The position numbers were made by a program, and so were the translations under genes. Shown piece by piece: positions 33,289-42,984 of a DNA stretch of 64,000 bases; the first letter of the stretch is position 1, and each line of letters starts with the position of its first letter. Below the pieces are notes generated by a model that saw only the letters and a program-made list of their open reading frames with translations, had not been told where the DNA came from and searched no databases. Where the stretch lies: the IMG/VR virus record IMGVR_UViG_3300050581_000202; one strand, written 5' to 3'. The DNA is from a virus. Its lineage: Duplodnaviria > Heunggongvirae > Uroviricota > Caudoviricetes.

Positions 33289-36192
33289 TCACTCCTCGCT
33301 TTGCAGGAAGGCGGTCCCCGCACCGAACTTCTCGGTGATAAAGTCGAAGGCGAAATCGAACTCGTGCTCGCCGTAGGTCGAGTCCCACATGGAAACGTCC
33401 GTGCGGATCGCCAGATAGTCGTCTCCGTTCTTGAGCACGTCCGACAACGGCTGGCCTTCCTCATGCTCGTCGTCGGCGACCAGCGCCGAGCGGTCAATCG
33501 TCAGATCGCCGTCCTCATTGATGCCGTGGAAGATCGACGACAAGGAGGCCACCTTCGGCTCGTCCCCGGATGTGTCGAGAACCTTCGTCTTGTGGAGATC
33601 AACCGTGACCTCCGTGGTCGTCGTCTTGTACGGAGTGATGGCCGGCAGGCCGCGCCGCTTGTAGACGTTCAGGTTCAATCTCGGCCGCGATCCTGGCGAG
33701 AGGTTGATGTAGGTGGAGCTATCGACCACGGGTTGGGCGGCAAAGCCGGCGTCCGTAGGCGTGCTGTCGCCCCAATCGCTACGGGCCTTGAAGACGACGT
33801 TCGGCCCGCCTACGAAAACGATGCTGCTGGCGGGAATCGCCGACGTGTCGCCCACGGGCAGGCTGCCGGTCGCCCCTCCGCCGATGCCGCCGCCTCCGGC
33901 CTGCCCCGCCGCGATCTCGTCGGCGGGCGGCCAGGTGTCGCTCTCCGGCAAGGCCGCCGGCCAGAAGAAACGGTACTGCTCCATCTTCCCGGACAAGACC
34001 GGCACAAGGCACTCGAAATCCACCAGGTTGTCCGCCGAGTTGTAGTTGGCCTTCTCCACAATCGCCAGCACGGGACCGCTTGCCACGTATTGGCCGGCGA
34101 AGTCCAACGTCACGGCGTCGAACGTTTCCAGGTTCAGCTTGTTCAGGAAGGTTTTGAACTTGATCCGCTTCCAGGTGTTCGACTTGCGAATCAGCCAAAA
34201 CGTCGCGCACTTGTACGCGATGTCGGGCTGATTGAAGATGTACCAGTCGTATTCCCGCTCTTGCGTGCCGTACTTGGCGACGTTGTGGCGGAGGATGATG
34301 GTCTTTTCGTTCGTGTCCTGCTTCCGATCCGAGGCGGCGGCCCAACTCAGCCGCCACTTCACCTTCATCTTCGTCACGATTTCTTCCGTGCTCGTCAACT
34401 CGACTTCGATGCCGTTCTCGGCGTCGATGTCGCTCACCCGGATCGTGTCGGCCGGGACGGGCTGCTCCGGCAGGTACTTCAAGTAGAATTTGCCGTTGCT
34501 GATCCAAATGGCGCAGCGAGCCTGGAAGGCAAGTTCCTGCAACACGTCGATGGTGTTCTTCCGGTCCAGGATCGGAAAGTTGGCCGGGAACGGAGCGAGC
34601 TTCGTCTGAACGTGGTTGAAGCTGGCGGTGTCCCACGCCAGGTCCGTGTAGTGGGAGATCAGGTACTTGAGGATGTCCACGATGTCCGGGCCGACGTTCG
34701 ACTCGAACGTGACGTAGAGATCGTCGCTCCATCCTTGGTCGGTGATCGTCGAGAGCGGCTTGTTGACGACGATCTCGACCGCCGTGACCGTCCCGTAGGT
34801 CTTCGTCTGGACCGTGTACAGGTCGGTCGGCACGTCCACCAGACGGCGCTCGCCGGTAAGCTGCTTGTAGGCCCGCACCGCCAGGACCGTGCCCGGCACG
34901 ATGGAAGCGATGTAGGTAATCGGCTCGTCACTGGCGAGCGTGACGCTCGCGCCGGGATCGACCCAAAAGTGCTGGGCCACCGGCGAAGTGTCCATTTCGC
35001 TGACCGTAGCGCTCGTGTTGGTAATCACGACGCCCTGGTCGAGAATCTTGTTGCCCCTGGGGAAGCCGTCGCCGCAGCCATTGGGCACCTCATCTTCCCA
35101 GCGGTAGTAGGTCGTCTGCGTCGGCTCGTTGCAGACCGCCGGCTCGGTGGTCTTCTCCGTGTAGGCGGCCTGGGCCGCCGCATCATTCGCCGGGTGCGTG
35201 CGGCTGGTCACGTAGAACAGGTCGCCCTCGAAATGGCCGGTGAACAGGCCGCCGTTGATGTTCAGCGTAATCGCCTTGTTCTGCGGGAAGTCTTCTCCGC
35301 CGAGGATATGGACGGGGTTCTCGCCGACGCCCTTGGCGTTGGCCTCGTCGATCTGCTGCCGCTTGCGGGCCAGGGCACAGGCCCGTTGCTTGCTCTGCCG
35401 CGCGATCGCCTGCTGGACCTGTTGGTTGAGCGAGTCGATCTGCTTCTGGAGATCGTCCGCCTTCTTCCGGTCCACGGCCGGGTGGAAGGCCGGTGCCCAG
35501 CAGTCTTTCACTTTCTTCAAGTGGCTGATCTGCGCGAGCATCACCAACAGGCTCATGGTGAACTGCGAGTCGTCGGCCCCGTCCGAAAGCGTCTCCCACA
35601 ACTGCATCCCGCTGAGGATGCCCGTGGCGGTCAGCGTGGTGCCGGACACGGCCTTGTTGACTTGCAGTGCGGGGCAGTTGACCACCTTGCCGAAGATCAT
35701 CGGCCACGCCTTTCCCACCATGTCCGCCGGCAGGTAAGGAAACTGCCCCTCTTCCGCGGAGAAGCCGATTTCCTTGTCCTCAAGCTGCGAGAGGATCGTG
35801 AACTTGACCGTCCGATCCCGCTCGCTCCACGTAATGGGCGAACTCACCTTGCCGGCGAACAGCAGGAACCTGTCGGACAGCGCGAGTCCACTGAAATACT
35901 GGTAGACCCGCGCCGTCCGCTTGTGAACGTCGTGGCTATCCAGGATGGCCTTGATCGTGCCGTCCGTGTCGTCCAGCGTGATGGAAAGCTGCTGCGAACC
36001 GCTGTTGTCGCTCACGTTGACGACGTTATCGAGATCGCCGACCTCGATGATCCGCCCAGGGATCGTGCTCACGTCGCGGTCGGCGTAGACGGCCGTGTTG
36101 CCGTTCACCCAATCCACTTCGATGATGGTGATGGGTTCGGTGCCGCAGCGGGCCGCCAGCTTCGCCAGTCCAGCGGGGGATATGTTTCTCAC
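33289..36192 (-). CDS. large tail tip / host-specificity (J-like) protein
   Basis: 967 aa at the distal end of the tail module. An ATGA overlap links it to the upstream gene. Confidence 0.55.
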   Translation of the reverse strand: MRNISPAGLAKLAARCGTEPITIIEVDWVNGNTAVYADRDVSTIPGRIIEVGDLDNVVNVSDNSGSQQLSITLDDTDGTIKAILDSHDVHKRTARVYQYFSGLALSDRFLLFAGKVSSPITWSERDRTVKFTILSQLEDKEIGFSAEEGQFPYLPADMVGKAWPMIFGKVVNCPALQVNKAVSGTTLTATGILSGMQLWETLSDGADDSQFTMSLLVMLAQISHLKKVKDCWAPAFHPAVDRKKADDLQKQIDSLNQQVQQAIARQSKQRACALARKRQQIDEANAKGVGENPVHILGGEDFPQNKAITLNINGGLFTGHFEGDLFYVTSRTHPANDAAAQAAYTEKTTEPAVCNEPTQTTYYRWEDEVPNGCGDGFPRGNKILDQGVVITNTSATVSEMDTSPVAQHFWVDPGASVTLASDEPITYIASIVPGTVLAVRAYKQLTGERRLVDVPTDLYTVQTKTYGTVTAVEIVVNKPLSTITDQGWSDDLYVTFESNVGPDIVDILKYLISHYTDLAWDTASFNHVQTKLAPFPANFPILDRKNTIDVLQELAFQARCAIWISNGKFYLKYLPEQPVPADTIRVSDIDAENGIEVELTSTEEIVTKMKVKWRLSWAAASDRKQDTNEKTIILRHNVAKYGTQEREYDWYIFNQPDIAYKCATFWLIRKSNTWKRIKFKTFLNKLNLETFDAVTLDFAGQYVASGPVLAIVEKANYNSADNLVDFECLVPVLSGKMEQYRFFWPAALPESDTWPPADEIAAGQAGGGGIGGGATGSLPVGDTSAIPASSIVFVGGPNVVFKARSDWGDSTPTDAGFAAQPVVDSSTYINLSPGSRPRLNLNVYKRRGLPAITPYKTTTTEVTVDLHKTKVLDTSGDEPKVASLSSIFHGINEDGDLTIDRSALVADDEHEEGQPLSDVLKNGDDYLAIRTDVSMWDSTYGEHEFDFAFDFITEKFGAGTAFLQSEE

Positions 36193-36608
36193 TGCTCTAC
36201 TCCCTCAAACTCCAAGTCGATCATTTGCGCTTCGCCGAACGGCATCGGCGCAATGGCCGGTGCCGCTCGGCCCGTCGTCTCAAACTCGAACGGGTTGTTG
36301 GTGAAGTTGCCGATCCAGATTCGCCCGTCGTGGTCGATCACCTTCACCGTTGAAGCGAAATAGTCGAAAAGAAAGGCCCGCAGTTCGAGGCCCTTATTTC
36401 GCATCATGCGGAAGGTCCACTTCAGCTTTCGCCGGTCCCCTTTGCGCTTAACGTAGGCGTAGCGCGTGCCGTCCATCGCCGTCTTGCGCGTGACGGTCGC
36501 GGTCAGGCTCTCTTGATTGCTGAACTGCGGGTTGGGCAGCAGCGTCGTGGTCTGTAGCATCGGGTACGGGGCTGCAAGCGTGAACATGGGGCTCTCCTCG
36601 CTAGGCAC
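36189..36608 (-). CDS. minor tail protein
   Basis: 139 aa between two large tail genes. Called from gene order only. Confidence 0.4.
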   Translation of the reverse strand: MPSEESPMFTLAAPYPMLQTTTLLPNPQFSNQESLTATVTRKTAMDGTRYAYVKRKGDRRKLKWTFRMMRNKGLELRAFLFDYFASTVKVIDHDGRIWIGNFTNNPFEFETTGRAAPAIAPMPFGEAQMIDLEFEGVEQ

Positions 36609-36629
36609 TGAGTTGGCACCAAGTTGGCA

Positions 36630-39002
36630 CTATGCCGGCACCAACTCACCCTCGAACTCCATGCTGGCGGTGTAGCTATCCTTGCCGTCCTGGACTACTG
36701 CGTCGGCTGGCGTCGTGATGATGCCTTTCCACGTCCGGCCTTCCCAATCCAGCAGACCGATCTCTTCACCGAGGTGCGCGTCCAGGAAGGCGAGCAACTG
36801 CCGGGTCTGAGCGTTGCGTAGGCCGGAAAATGTCAGCACGAGAGTCTGAATCTTCGGCCAGATCGGATCGGCGAAGACGATTAGCGTGCCGCCTCGTGTC
36901 TCCCGGAGGATGCGGTTGAACGCAAGGCGATCCTTGTTGCCGAAGTTCGGTGCCCGCAGCACGACCGAATCCGTTACGACGCCTTCGGCCGGGTAGAACA
37001 ACTGGAACGGCAGGGCGACGTGCTCCGGCGCTTCCAACAGCGGCGGGGGCGGCGTCGGCGATCCATCCGCCCCGGCCCCGACGAACGGGCTGTACCGTTG
37101 GAGGGCACCCCGCGAGACGATGGTGTAGGCCGCCGCCTGCTGCAAGCCGAGGGCCGAGGCCGCCCCGCGGGGGACGCTGACCAGCACGGCCGCCGCCTGC
37201 GACAGGTCCAGGACCGAGCGCACGATCTTGCATTTGTTTACCGTGGCCGACTGGCCCAGTGCCAGCCAGTTGCCGGCCCCGCCGGTCTGGTTGAGGCGAA
37301 CTTCGCCCAGCAGGTCCAGGACGCTTTCGGCCGAAACGCTGATCGCGGTCGGCTTGACGCGAACCGCCGAGGCCAACTGCGCCAACGAGATCGCCTGGTG
37401 GACCGAGGTCGCCAGCGGCCGAGCCGGATGGGCCGAATCCCGCAGTCCCTCGTAGACTGGATAAAACGTGTCGGTCGCCTGATCGTACTGGTAGCCGACC
37501 GTCTGCAACGGGCTTTCAGCGGACAAGTGCCAGGGTCGGGCCGTGTGCTCGGTCTGGACCAGATTGATCGTGTTCCGTGCGGACACCTTCCGCACCACGC
37601 TCACCGCGGCCTCGTCGTAGAGGAAAACCCAGTCCCAGCACTCCGCGTTGTGGACGGCGGTTTTGATGGCGCTGGCCGCATCGGTCAGCGATAACTCGCT
37701 GGTTGCCGCCGCCTCCAACAATCGGCCGACTTGTTCGCCCGTCGCGCCGAGGCTGAGGATCGACTCGGCACTGACCGGGAGAATCTGGTTGCGCGCGGCC
37801 GTGCCCGTCAGGCTGATCGCGGACTCGGCACCGACGCACAATATGTTGTTGCGCCCAGCCGCACCGTCCAAGTCGAGCGTGTTGGACGCCGCGACGGCGT
37901 AAGCCACTGTGAAACCTGCTTCGATGCTCAATCCCAAAAGCGATTCGGCGGCAACGTCAAAGACCGTTCGGCCGGTCATCTCGGCGGCATCGGTTAGAGC
38001 GACAACGCTCTCGGCCGACAGCGACCGCACGGCCTTGAATCCGGCCGCATCGGTCATGGGGATATTACTCGACGCCACCACCGCCCTTGCAACCGAAAAG
38101 CCGGCCGCCGTGTCCAGGTTCAGCGTAGAGAGGGCACTGGCGTCGAGAAGGCTGTTGCGGCCAGCGGCGTCCGTCAAGCTGATCGGCGATGCAGCCGAAA
38201 CGCTAAGGAGGTTGTTTCGGCCGGCGGCATCGGTCAAGCTGAGTACCGATTCTGCCGTTGCCGGCCGGGCGACCGCCGCTGCGGCCGTCTGCGACAGCGA
38301 CAATTCGCTGGCGGCATCGGCGTAGACGAAGGCCGTCGTGCCCTCGCCCTCTTGCAGGCCGAGAGCCAAACGCACGCCGCCCAGCAGCGAGTTGGCCGTG
38401 CCCAGTTTCCCGGTCAGGCTGCCGGTCAACGGCCGGGCGTCGGCTGGACCATCAGAGGCCAGCGTCACGCCGCCCAGGCAGGAATCCTGGCCGCCCAAGA
38501 CCCAACGAGGGGACGAACGGGGTGCGAAGGTTGGAGTAGGATCGGCCGTCTGCGCGATCGCCAACGCGCTTTCGGCCGAAAGATGAAAGACCCGAGGGCC
38601 GGCTACTCCGTCCAGGCCGAAAACCACGTCACCCAGGGCCGTGCCCAGTTGACCGCTCTGCGTGGTGGGCGTCGGAAGCGAGGGCGGCGCGCCATCGAAG
38701 GCCGGCACCAGGCCGCCGAATTGCGAGTCGTGCCCACCGAGTACCCAATCCGGCGTGGAATGGGCTGCGAAGGTCGGATCGGATGCCGCCGTGTGCGCAA
38801 GCGAAAGCGCGCTCGCGGCCGAGACGTTGAAGGTCAATCGACCTTCCCCGCCCGCCGAGGCGAGAATCGTAGCTCCCAGTTGACCACCGAGTTGCCCGCT
38901 CTGCGTCGTGATTGCCGGCGCGCTCGGGGCGGCACCGGCAAACGCCAACTCGACGTTCGCCAGCAGGGAGTCGCCAGTGCCTAGCTTGCTGGTCAGCGCC
39001 AT
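36630..39002 (-). CDS. repeat-rich tail protein (N-terminal ~75-aa duplication plus ~11 tandem 20-aa repeats)
   Basis: 790 aa. Residues ~30-105 and ~108-185 are near-duplicates (TTQSGQLG...WVLGG.DS..GG). Residues ~228-452 consist of 20-aa repeats of consensus SAESxLSLTDAAGRNxLLxV. Confidence 0.55.
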   Translation of the reverse strand: MALTSKLGTGDSLLANVELAFAGAAPSAPAITTQSGQLGGQLGATILASAGGEGRLTFNVSAASALSLAHTAASDPTFAAHSTPDWVLGGHDSQFGGLVPAFDGAPPSLPTPTTQSGQLGTALGDVVFGLDGVAGPRVFHLSAESALAIAQTADPTPTFAPRSSPRWVLGGQDSCLGGVTLASDGPADARPLTGSLTGKLGTANSLLGGVRLALGLQEGEGTTAFVYADAASELSLSQTAAAAVARPATAESVLSLTDAAGRNNLLSVSAASPISLTDAAGRNSLLDASALSTLNLDTAAGFSVARAVVASSNIPMTDAAGFKAVRSLSAESVVALTDAAEMTGRTVFDVAAESLLGLSIEAGFTVAYAVAASNTLDLDGAAGRNNILCVGAESAISLTGTAARNQILPVSAESILSLGATGEQVGRLLEAAATSELSLTDAASAIKTAVHNAECWDWVFLYDEAAVSVVRKVSARNTINLVQTEHTARPWHLSAESPLQTVGYQYDQATDTFYPVYEGLRDSAHPARPLATSVHQAISLAQLASAVRVKPTAISVSAESVLDLLGEVRLNQTGGAGNWLALGQSATVNKCKIVRSVLDLSQAAAVLVSVPRGAASALGLQQAAAYTIVSRGALQRYSPFVGAGADGSPTPPPPLLEAPEHVALPFQLFYPAEGVVTDSVVLRAPNFGNKDRLAFNRILRETRGGTLIVFADPIWPKIQTLVLTFSGLRNAQTRQLLAFLDAHLGEEIGLLDWEGRTWKGIITTPADAVVQDGKDSYTASMEFEGELVPA
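37650..38320 (-). repeat. tandem ~60-bp (20-codon) repeats inside tail gene 36630..39002
   Basis: About 11 degenerate copies encoding SAESxLSLTDAAGRNxLLxV. Recurring nucleotide strings such as CGGCCGCATCGGTCA and CGGCGGCATCGGTCAAGCT are present. Confidence 0.6.
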
Positions 39003-39005
39003 CGC

Positions 39006-40001
39006 TTAGCTCTCTTCCCAATGGAGCAACGTCAGGGAAATCCTGTTGTTGTTGCTCAGCGGGTCGATGAAGATGCCGTGTTGATTAGGGGCGTTCGCCG
39101 AATCGAAGGTAAGCTCGCCCCATTTGATCCAATTCACGCCGTCTGTTGACCAGTACCAGCGCTTGTAGTTCCCCTCCCAGGAGAATTTGACCCAGAACAC
39201 GCGCCACAGCGGCCAGAGGGTCCGGTTGTCTGCCGTGGGCGTGGACTCCGAAGCGGTTGGCGAGTAGTAATTGACGTTTTCGAGGAACGGATAGGTGCTG
39301 GTCTGCCAGAAGCGCAGGCCCCAGGTCGTGAAGTTCCCGTAGTCCGTAGTCCCGCCCGTGCAACGCGAGACGAAACCGCACTTCGGGCCGTTCATCGAAG
39401 CCGCCCCGTTGTAGGCGAAGGCCGCCACGACGCTTTGCACGCCGGGCATCAGCGACCGGACGTAAAGCCGCAGTTCGGGAGCGATGGTATCCAGGTCGGG
39501 GTCTTCGAGAACCAACGCCCCGCCAACGAAGGTTGCAGTGGCGTTGCCCTGATTGACCCATTCCCACCCGGTTTGCGGCGGAGCCTTGAAGCGTTTATAC
39601 GGCCCGTACTTGTGCCAGGCCGCCCCATCGTCGTACTCCAAGAAGAGGCCGTCCGTGGGAAGAAACAGCCGCCCCCTCACCCCGGCGGCCGGCTTGTTGG
39701 CGTAGATGTCCGAGACAAACCGGTTGGCGACCCGCGCCTCCAAGCCGCCTTTGGTGAGCAGGTGAACCACGTCGGCCCCGCTGTCGTGGCTGGCCGCCAC
39801 GGTGCCCTCCGCACCCCGCGTGACGGTGAACGTGCTGCCGGCCACGCCGGTCACGATTAGGATTTCGCCGTCGATCTTGATGCGAAAGCTGCCCGAGGCG
39901 GGAAACGCCGAGGCGTCCGTCACCGTGCAACTGGTGGCGGTCGGCGTCTCAATCGCGGCGGACAACGTAGTCGTAGCGTTGTTGGCAAACTTCTCGGTCA
40001 T
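39006..40001 (-). CDS. putative tail fibre / receptor-binding paralog C2
   Basis: Start MTEKFANNATTTLSAAIE (TGATG overlap). About 330 aa, ~70% identical at the N-terminus to C1. Ends in LLHWEES. Confidence 0.55.
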   Translation of the reverse strand: MTEKFANNATTTLSAAIETPTATSCTVTDASAFPASGSFRIKIDGEILIVTGVAGSTFTVTRGAEGTVAASHDSGADVVHLLTKGGLEARVANRFVSDIYANKPAAGVRGRLFLPTDGLFLEYDDGAAWHKYGPYKRFKAPPQTGWEWVNQGNATATFVGGALVLEDPDLDTIAPELRLYVRSLMPGVQSVVAAFAYNGAASMNGPKCGFVSRCTGGTTDYGNFTTWGLRFWQTSTYPFLENVNYYSPTASESTPTADNRTLWPLWRVFWVKFSWEGNYKRWYWSTDGVNWIKWGELTFDSANAPNQHGIFIDPLSNNNRISLTLLHWEES

Positions 40002-41002
40002 CAGTATTGCCTCCAACTGAGGACGGTCATGCCAGTGTTGACCTGACCGCTCGACGAGGAATAGCCGGCATAGGAGTTGACGCCTATCCCGATCTGGTTG
40101 GGCGTTATCCAATCCGTCCGCACGATGCTCACCATCTGCGTCCAGTTGATGCCGTCGTGCGAGAACGAGATCACGCGGTTGGTGGTGCCGTCGTCGTAAT
40201 ACCGCAACCAGATCAGCGGCGAGTCGTAGCAATGTCGATTACTTGGCCAGCCGGTGACTTCGCCGCTTACCGAGGTGGGGCTGTTGTACTTGACGCCCCT
40301 TGTCTCCATGCTGCTCGAACTGCCGCCAACGCCGTAGGCCACAATCTTGCCGCTCCCGGAATCTCGGATGCACAGGCCGGCAGTAGCGTATGCGCCCCCG
40401 TAGCCCCAGGCATTGACCAGGAAGGCCATCTCCACGGTAAAGGGCGCGGCAGGATACGCCTTGACCTGGCAGCGCAGGTTCTCGCCACTGGTGGCCGGAC
40501 CTGAATCCAGGAAGATCGCCCCTTTGTTGTCCACAATGGTCGCGCTTCCCTGATTCACCCACGTCCCGAAGTCGGCCGCCGCCGGAGGCGTCATGGGCCA
40601 GATCGGGCCGAACTTTTCCCAGGCCGCACCATTGTCGCGTTCGAGGAACAGGCCATCGGTCGGCAGGAAGATGCGCCCCGGCACCCCGGCCGCGGGCCGA
40701 CTGGCCAGCGCATCGTAAGCCGCCAAGTCGTTCTGGTCGCGGGCGTCCAGTGCCCCGGCCGTCAGGACATGCTTCACGTCCGCTCCGGTGCCGTGGGCGA
40801 CGGCCGACGTTCCTTCCTGGTGGCGCGAGACGGTCAATGTCGTCCCGCTGACGCCCGTGACCAGCATGATCTCGTTGTCGATCAGGATGCGGAAGTTGCC
40901 GCCGGTGAAGCCCATTGCGCTGGCCACGTCGAACTCGGTGGCCGCATCGTCGATGTCTTCGCTCAGCGTGGTGCTGGCAAGATTCTTGAACTGCTCGGCC
41001 AT
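40001..41002 (-). CDS. putative tail fibre / receptor-binding paralog B2
   Basis: Start MAEQFKNLASTTLSEDIDD (TGATG overlap with A2). Paralog of B1. Ends in VLSWRQY. Confidence 0.55.
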   Translation of the reverse strand: MAEQFKNLASTTLSEDIDDAATEFDVASAMGFTGGNFRILIDNEIMLVTGVSGTTLTVSRHQEGTSAVAHGTGADVKHVLTAGALDARDQNDLAAYDALASRPAAGVPGRIFLPTDGLFLERDNGAAWEKFGPIWPMTPPAAADFGTWVNQGSATIVDNKGAIFLDSGPATSGENLRCQVKAYPAAPFTVEMAFLVNAWGYGGAYATAGLCIRDSGSGKIVAYGVGGSSSSMETRGVKYNSPTSVSGEVTGWPSNRHCYDSPLIWLRYYDDGTTNRVISFSHDGINWTQMVSIVRTDWITPNQIGIGVNSYAGYSSSSGQVNTGMTVLSWRQY

Positions 41003-41979
41003 CAGGTTTCCCTCCAATGCAGAACGGAGACCACGCGCGGGATGCCATACGAGGTCTTCCAGTTGTTGGCAAACAAGCCGACCTGGTTCGGCGTAAGGAA
41101 AACCGTTCGCCCTTGGGGAGGCTGGACCGGCACCCAGTTGAACCCGTCGCTGGAGATTTCCACCGTCCGGTAGGTGCCGTCGTCTCCGAAGCGAACCCAG
41201 TAGGGTGCCATCGTCGGCGCGCTGAAGTTGTACTGGCTGCCTTGAAGGGTCGTCTCGTTCGTCCACCAGGCGTACAGGAAGAGTTTGGGGTAGTTGCTCG
41301 ATCCCCAGCCATAAGTGAGCAGCTTGCCCGAACTGCTTTCTCGCCAGCAGACGCCGAACTGCGGGACGTTCCACGCATTGAGATAGAGCGGGTCTTGCGC
41401 CAAGAAGCCCACGGTAATCTTGTAGGGCGTGGCCGGAGCCGACTTGACCAGACAGTGCAGGCCGTCCGCCGACGCATGGCTTGGCGCGGTCACAACCAGG
41501 ATGCCCTTCGTGTCCGCGACCGTGGCGGTTCCCTGGTTGACCCAGGTGAAGTCGCCGCTGCTGGGCGGCGTCACCTTGTTCAAGGGCAGCGTGTCCCATA
41601 GCGAGCCGTTGTCTTGATGCACGAGGCCCTCGGTCGGCAGATAGAGACGGCCGGCTTGCCCCGCTGCATCACGGTCGGCAATGGCCCCGGCGGCAAACTG
41701 CTCGGCCTCCCGCCGCGCCAGGGCACCGGCCGTCAGGACGTGATTGACGGCGACATCGGCGTCGTGGCTGGCGGCACTGGTCCCTTCCTGCGCCCGCGTG
41801 ACGGTGAAGACGTTGCCCTGCACGGCCGTCACCAGCATGATCTCGCTCTCGACGAGGATGCGGAAGTCGCCGCCGGTGGGAAAGCCGGCGGCCGACTTCA
41901 CCGTCAGGCTGAGATCGTTGCTGCCGATCCCCGCGGAGAGCGAAGAGAGTCCGCCGTTTGCAAATCGTTCGTAGGCCAT
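41002..41979 (-). CDS. putative tail fibre / receptor-binding paralog A2
   Basis: MAYERFANGGLSSLSAGIGSNDLSLTVKSAAGFPTGGDFRILVESEIMLVTAVQGNVFTVTRAQEGTSAASHDADVAVNHVLTAGAL. Paralog of A1. A GAGGGA RBS is present. Confidence 0.55.
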   Translation of the reverse strand: MAYERFANGGLSSLSAGIGSNDLSLTVKSAAGFPTGGDFRILVESEIMLVTAVQGNVFTVTRAQEGTSAASHDADVAVNHVLTAGALARREAEQFAAGAIADRDAAGQAGRLYLPTEGLVHQDNGSLWDTLPLNKVTPPSSGDFTWVNQGTATVADTKGILVVTAPSHASADGLHCLVKSAPATPYKITVGFLAQDPLYLNAWNVPQFGVCWRESSSGKLLTYGWGSSNYPKLFLYAWWTNETTLQGSQYNFSAPTMAPYWVRFGDDGTYRTVEISSDGFNWVPVQPPQGRTVFLTPNQVGLFANNWKTSYGIPRVVSVLHWRET

Positions 41980-41991
41980 CGGTGGTCCCTC

Positions 41992-42984
41992 TTAGGCTTC
42001 TTCCCAGTGGACCAGGGACATCGACACCTTTTGGGCGTTGTTCACCGGGTCGATGAAGACGCCGAACTGGCTCGGCGTGTTGTAGGAGGAGAAGGTATCC
42101 TCGTACCATTTCGTCCACCACACGCCATCCTGGGAAAAGTACCAGCGTTTGTAGTTCCCCTCCCACGAATACTTCACCCAGAACAGCCGCATGGGAAACA
42201 ACTGGTGGCCGTCCGTCGAAGGACTCGATTCAATGGCCGTGGGTGACGTGTAGTGCTTGAAGTGCAGGAAGGTCATGGGGTTGCTCGGCGAGGGCTGAAG
42301 CCGGAGGCCCCAACCCGTGAAGTTCCCATCGTCCGAGCCGCCGACGCACCGCGAGCAAAGGCCCATGATCGGGTAGTCCGTCCCGATGCCGTTGTACGTG
42401 AAAGCCACCGCCACGCTCGTCACGCCCACGCCCAAGCAGCGGACGTAAAGCCGAAGCTGTGGAGTCGTAGCGTCGAGGTCGGGGTCTTCGAGCACCAGCG
42501 CGCCGCCCACGAAGGTCGCCGTGGCGTTGCCCTGGTTGACCCACGACCATCCCGTTTGCGGCGGCGCTTTGAGCCGCTTGTACGGCCCGTACTTGTGCCA
42601 GGCGGCCCCGTCGTCGTACTCCATGAAGATGCCGTCCGTGGGGAGGAACAAGCGTCCCTTGACGCCGGCCGCCGGTTTGTTGTCGTAGATGTCTGAAATG
42701 AACCGGTTGGCGACCCGCGCCTCCAAGCCGCCTTTGGTGAGCAAATGCCGCACGACCGCGCCGCTGGCGTGGGTTGCCGCCACGGTGCCCTCGGCCCCGC
42801 GCGTGACGGTGAACGTGTTGCCGGAGACCTCCGTGACGATGAGGATTTCGTCGTCGATCTTGATACGGAAGCTGCCGCCGGCAGGGAAGCTGAACGGGTC
42901 CGTCACCGAGCAGATGGTGGCAGTCGTTGTCGCAATTGAGGCCGACAGCGTGTTGACGGCAAAGTTGGCGAACTTCTCGATCAT
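41992..42984 (-). CDS. putative tail fibre / receptor-binding paralog C1
   Basis: Start MIEKFANFAVNTLSASIA (TGATG overlap). Ends in LVHWEEA. Confidence 0.55.
   Translation of the reverse strand: MIEKFANFAVNTLSASIATTTATICSVTDPFSFPAGGSFRIKIDDEILIVTEVSGNTFTVTRGAEGTVAATHASGAVVRHLLTKGGLEARVANRFISDIYDNKPAAGVKGRLFLPTDGIFMEYDDGAAWHKYGPYKRLKAPPQTGWSWVNQGNATATFVGGALVLEDPDLDATTPQLRLYVRCLGVGVTSVAVAFTYNGIGTDYPIMGLCSRCVGGSDDGNFTGWGLRLQPSPSNPMTFLHFKHYTSPTAIESSPSTDGHQLFPMRLFWVKYSWEGNYKRWYFSQDGVWWTKWYEDTFSSYNTPSQFGVFIDPVNNAQKVSMSLVHWEEA

Noticed and set aside
33301-36363. Plus-strand ORF 33301..36363 (1020 aa). Also 43988..46228 (746 aa), 53100..54842 (580 aa), 26134..28881 minus-strand (915 aa) and 37020..38984 plus-strand ORFs.
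   Set aside because: Each is the mirror frame of a strongly supported gene (J-like tail protein, tape measure/fibres, capsid, primase-helicase, repeat tail protein) and has a junk-like composition.
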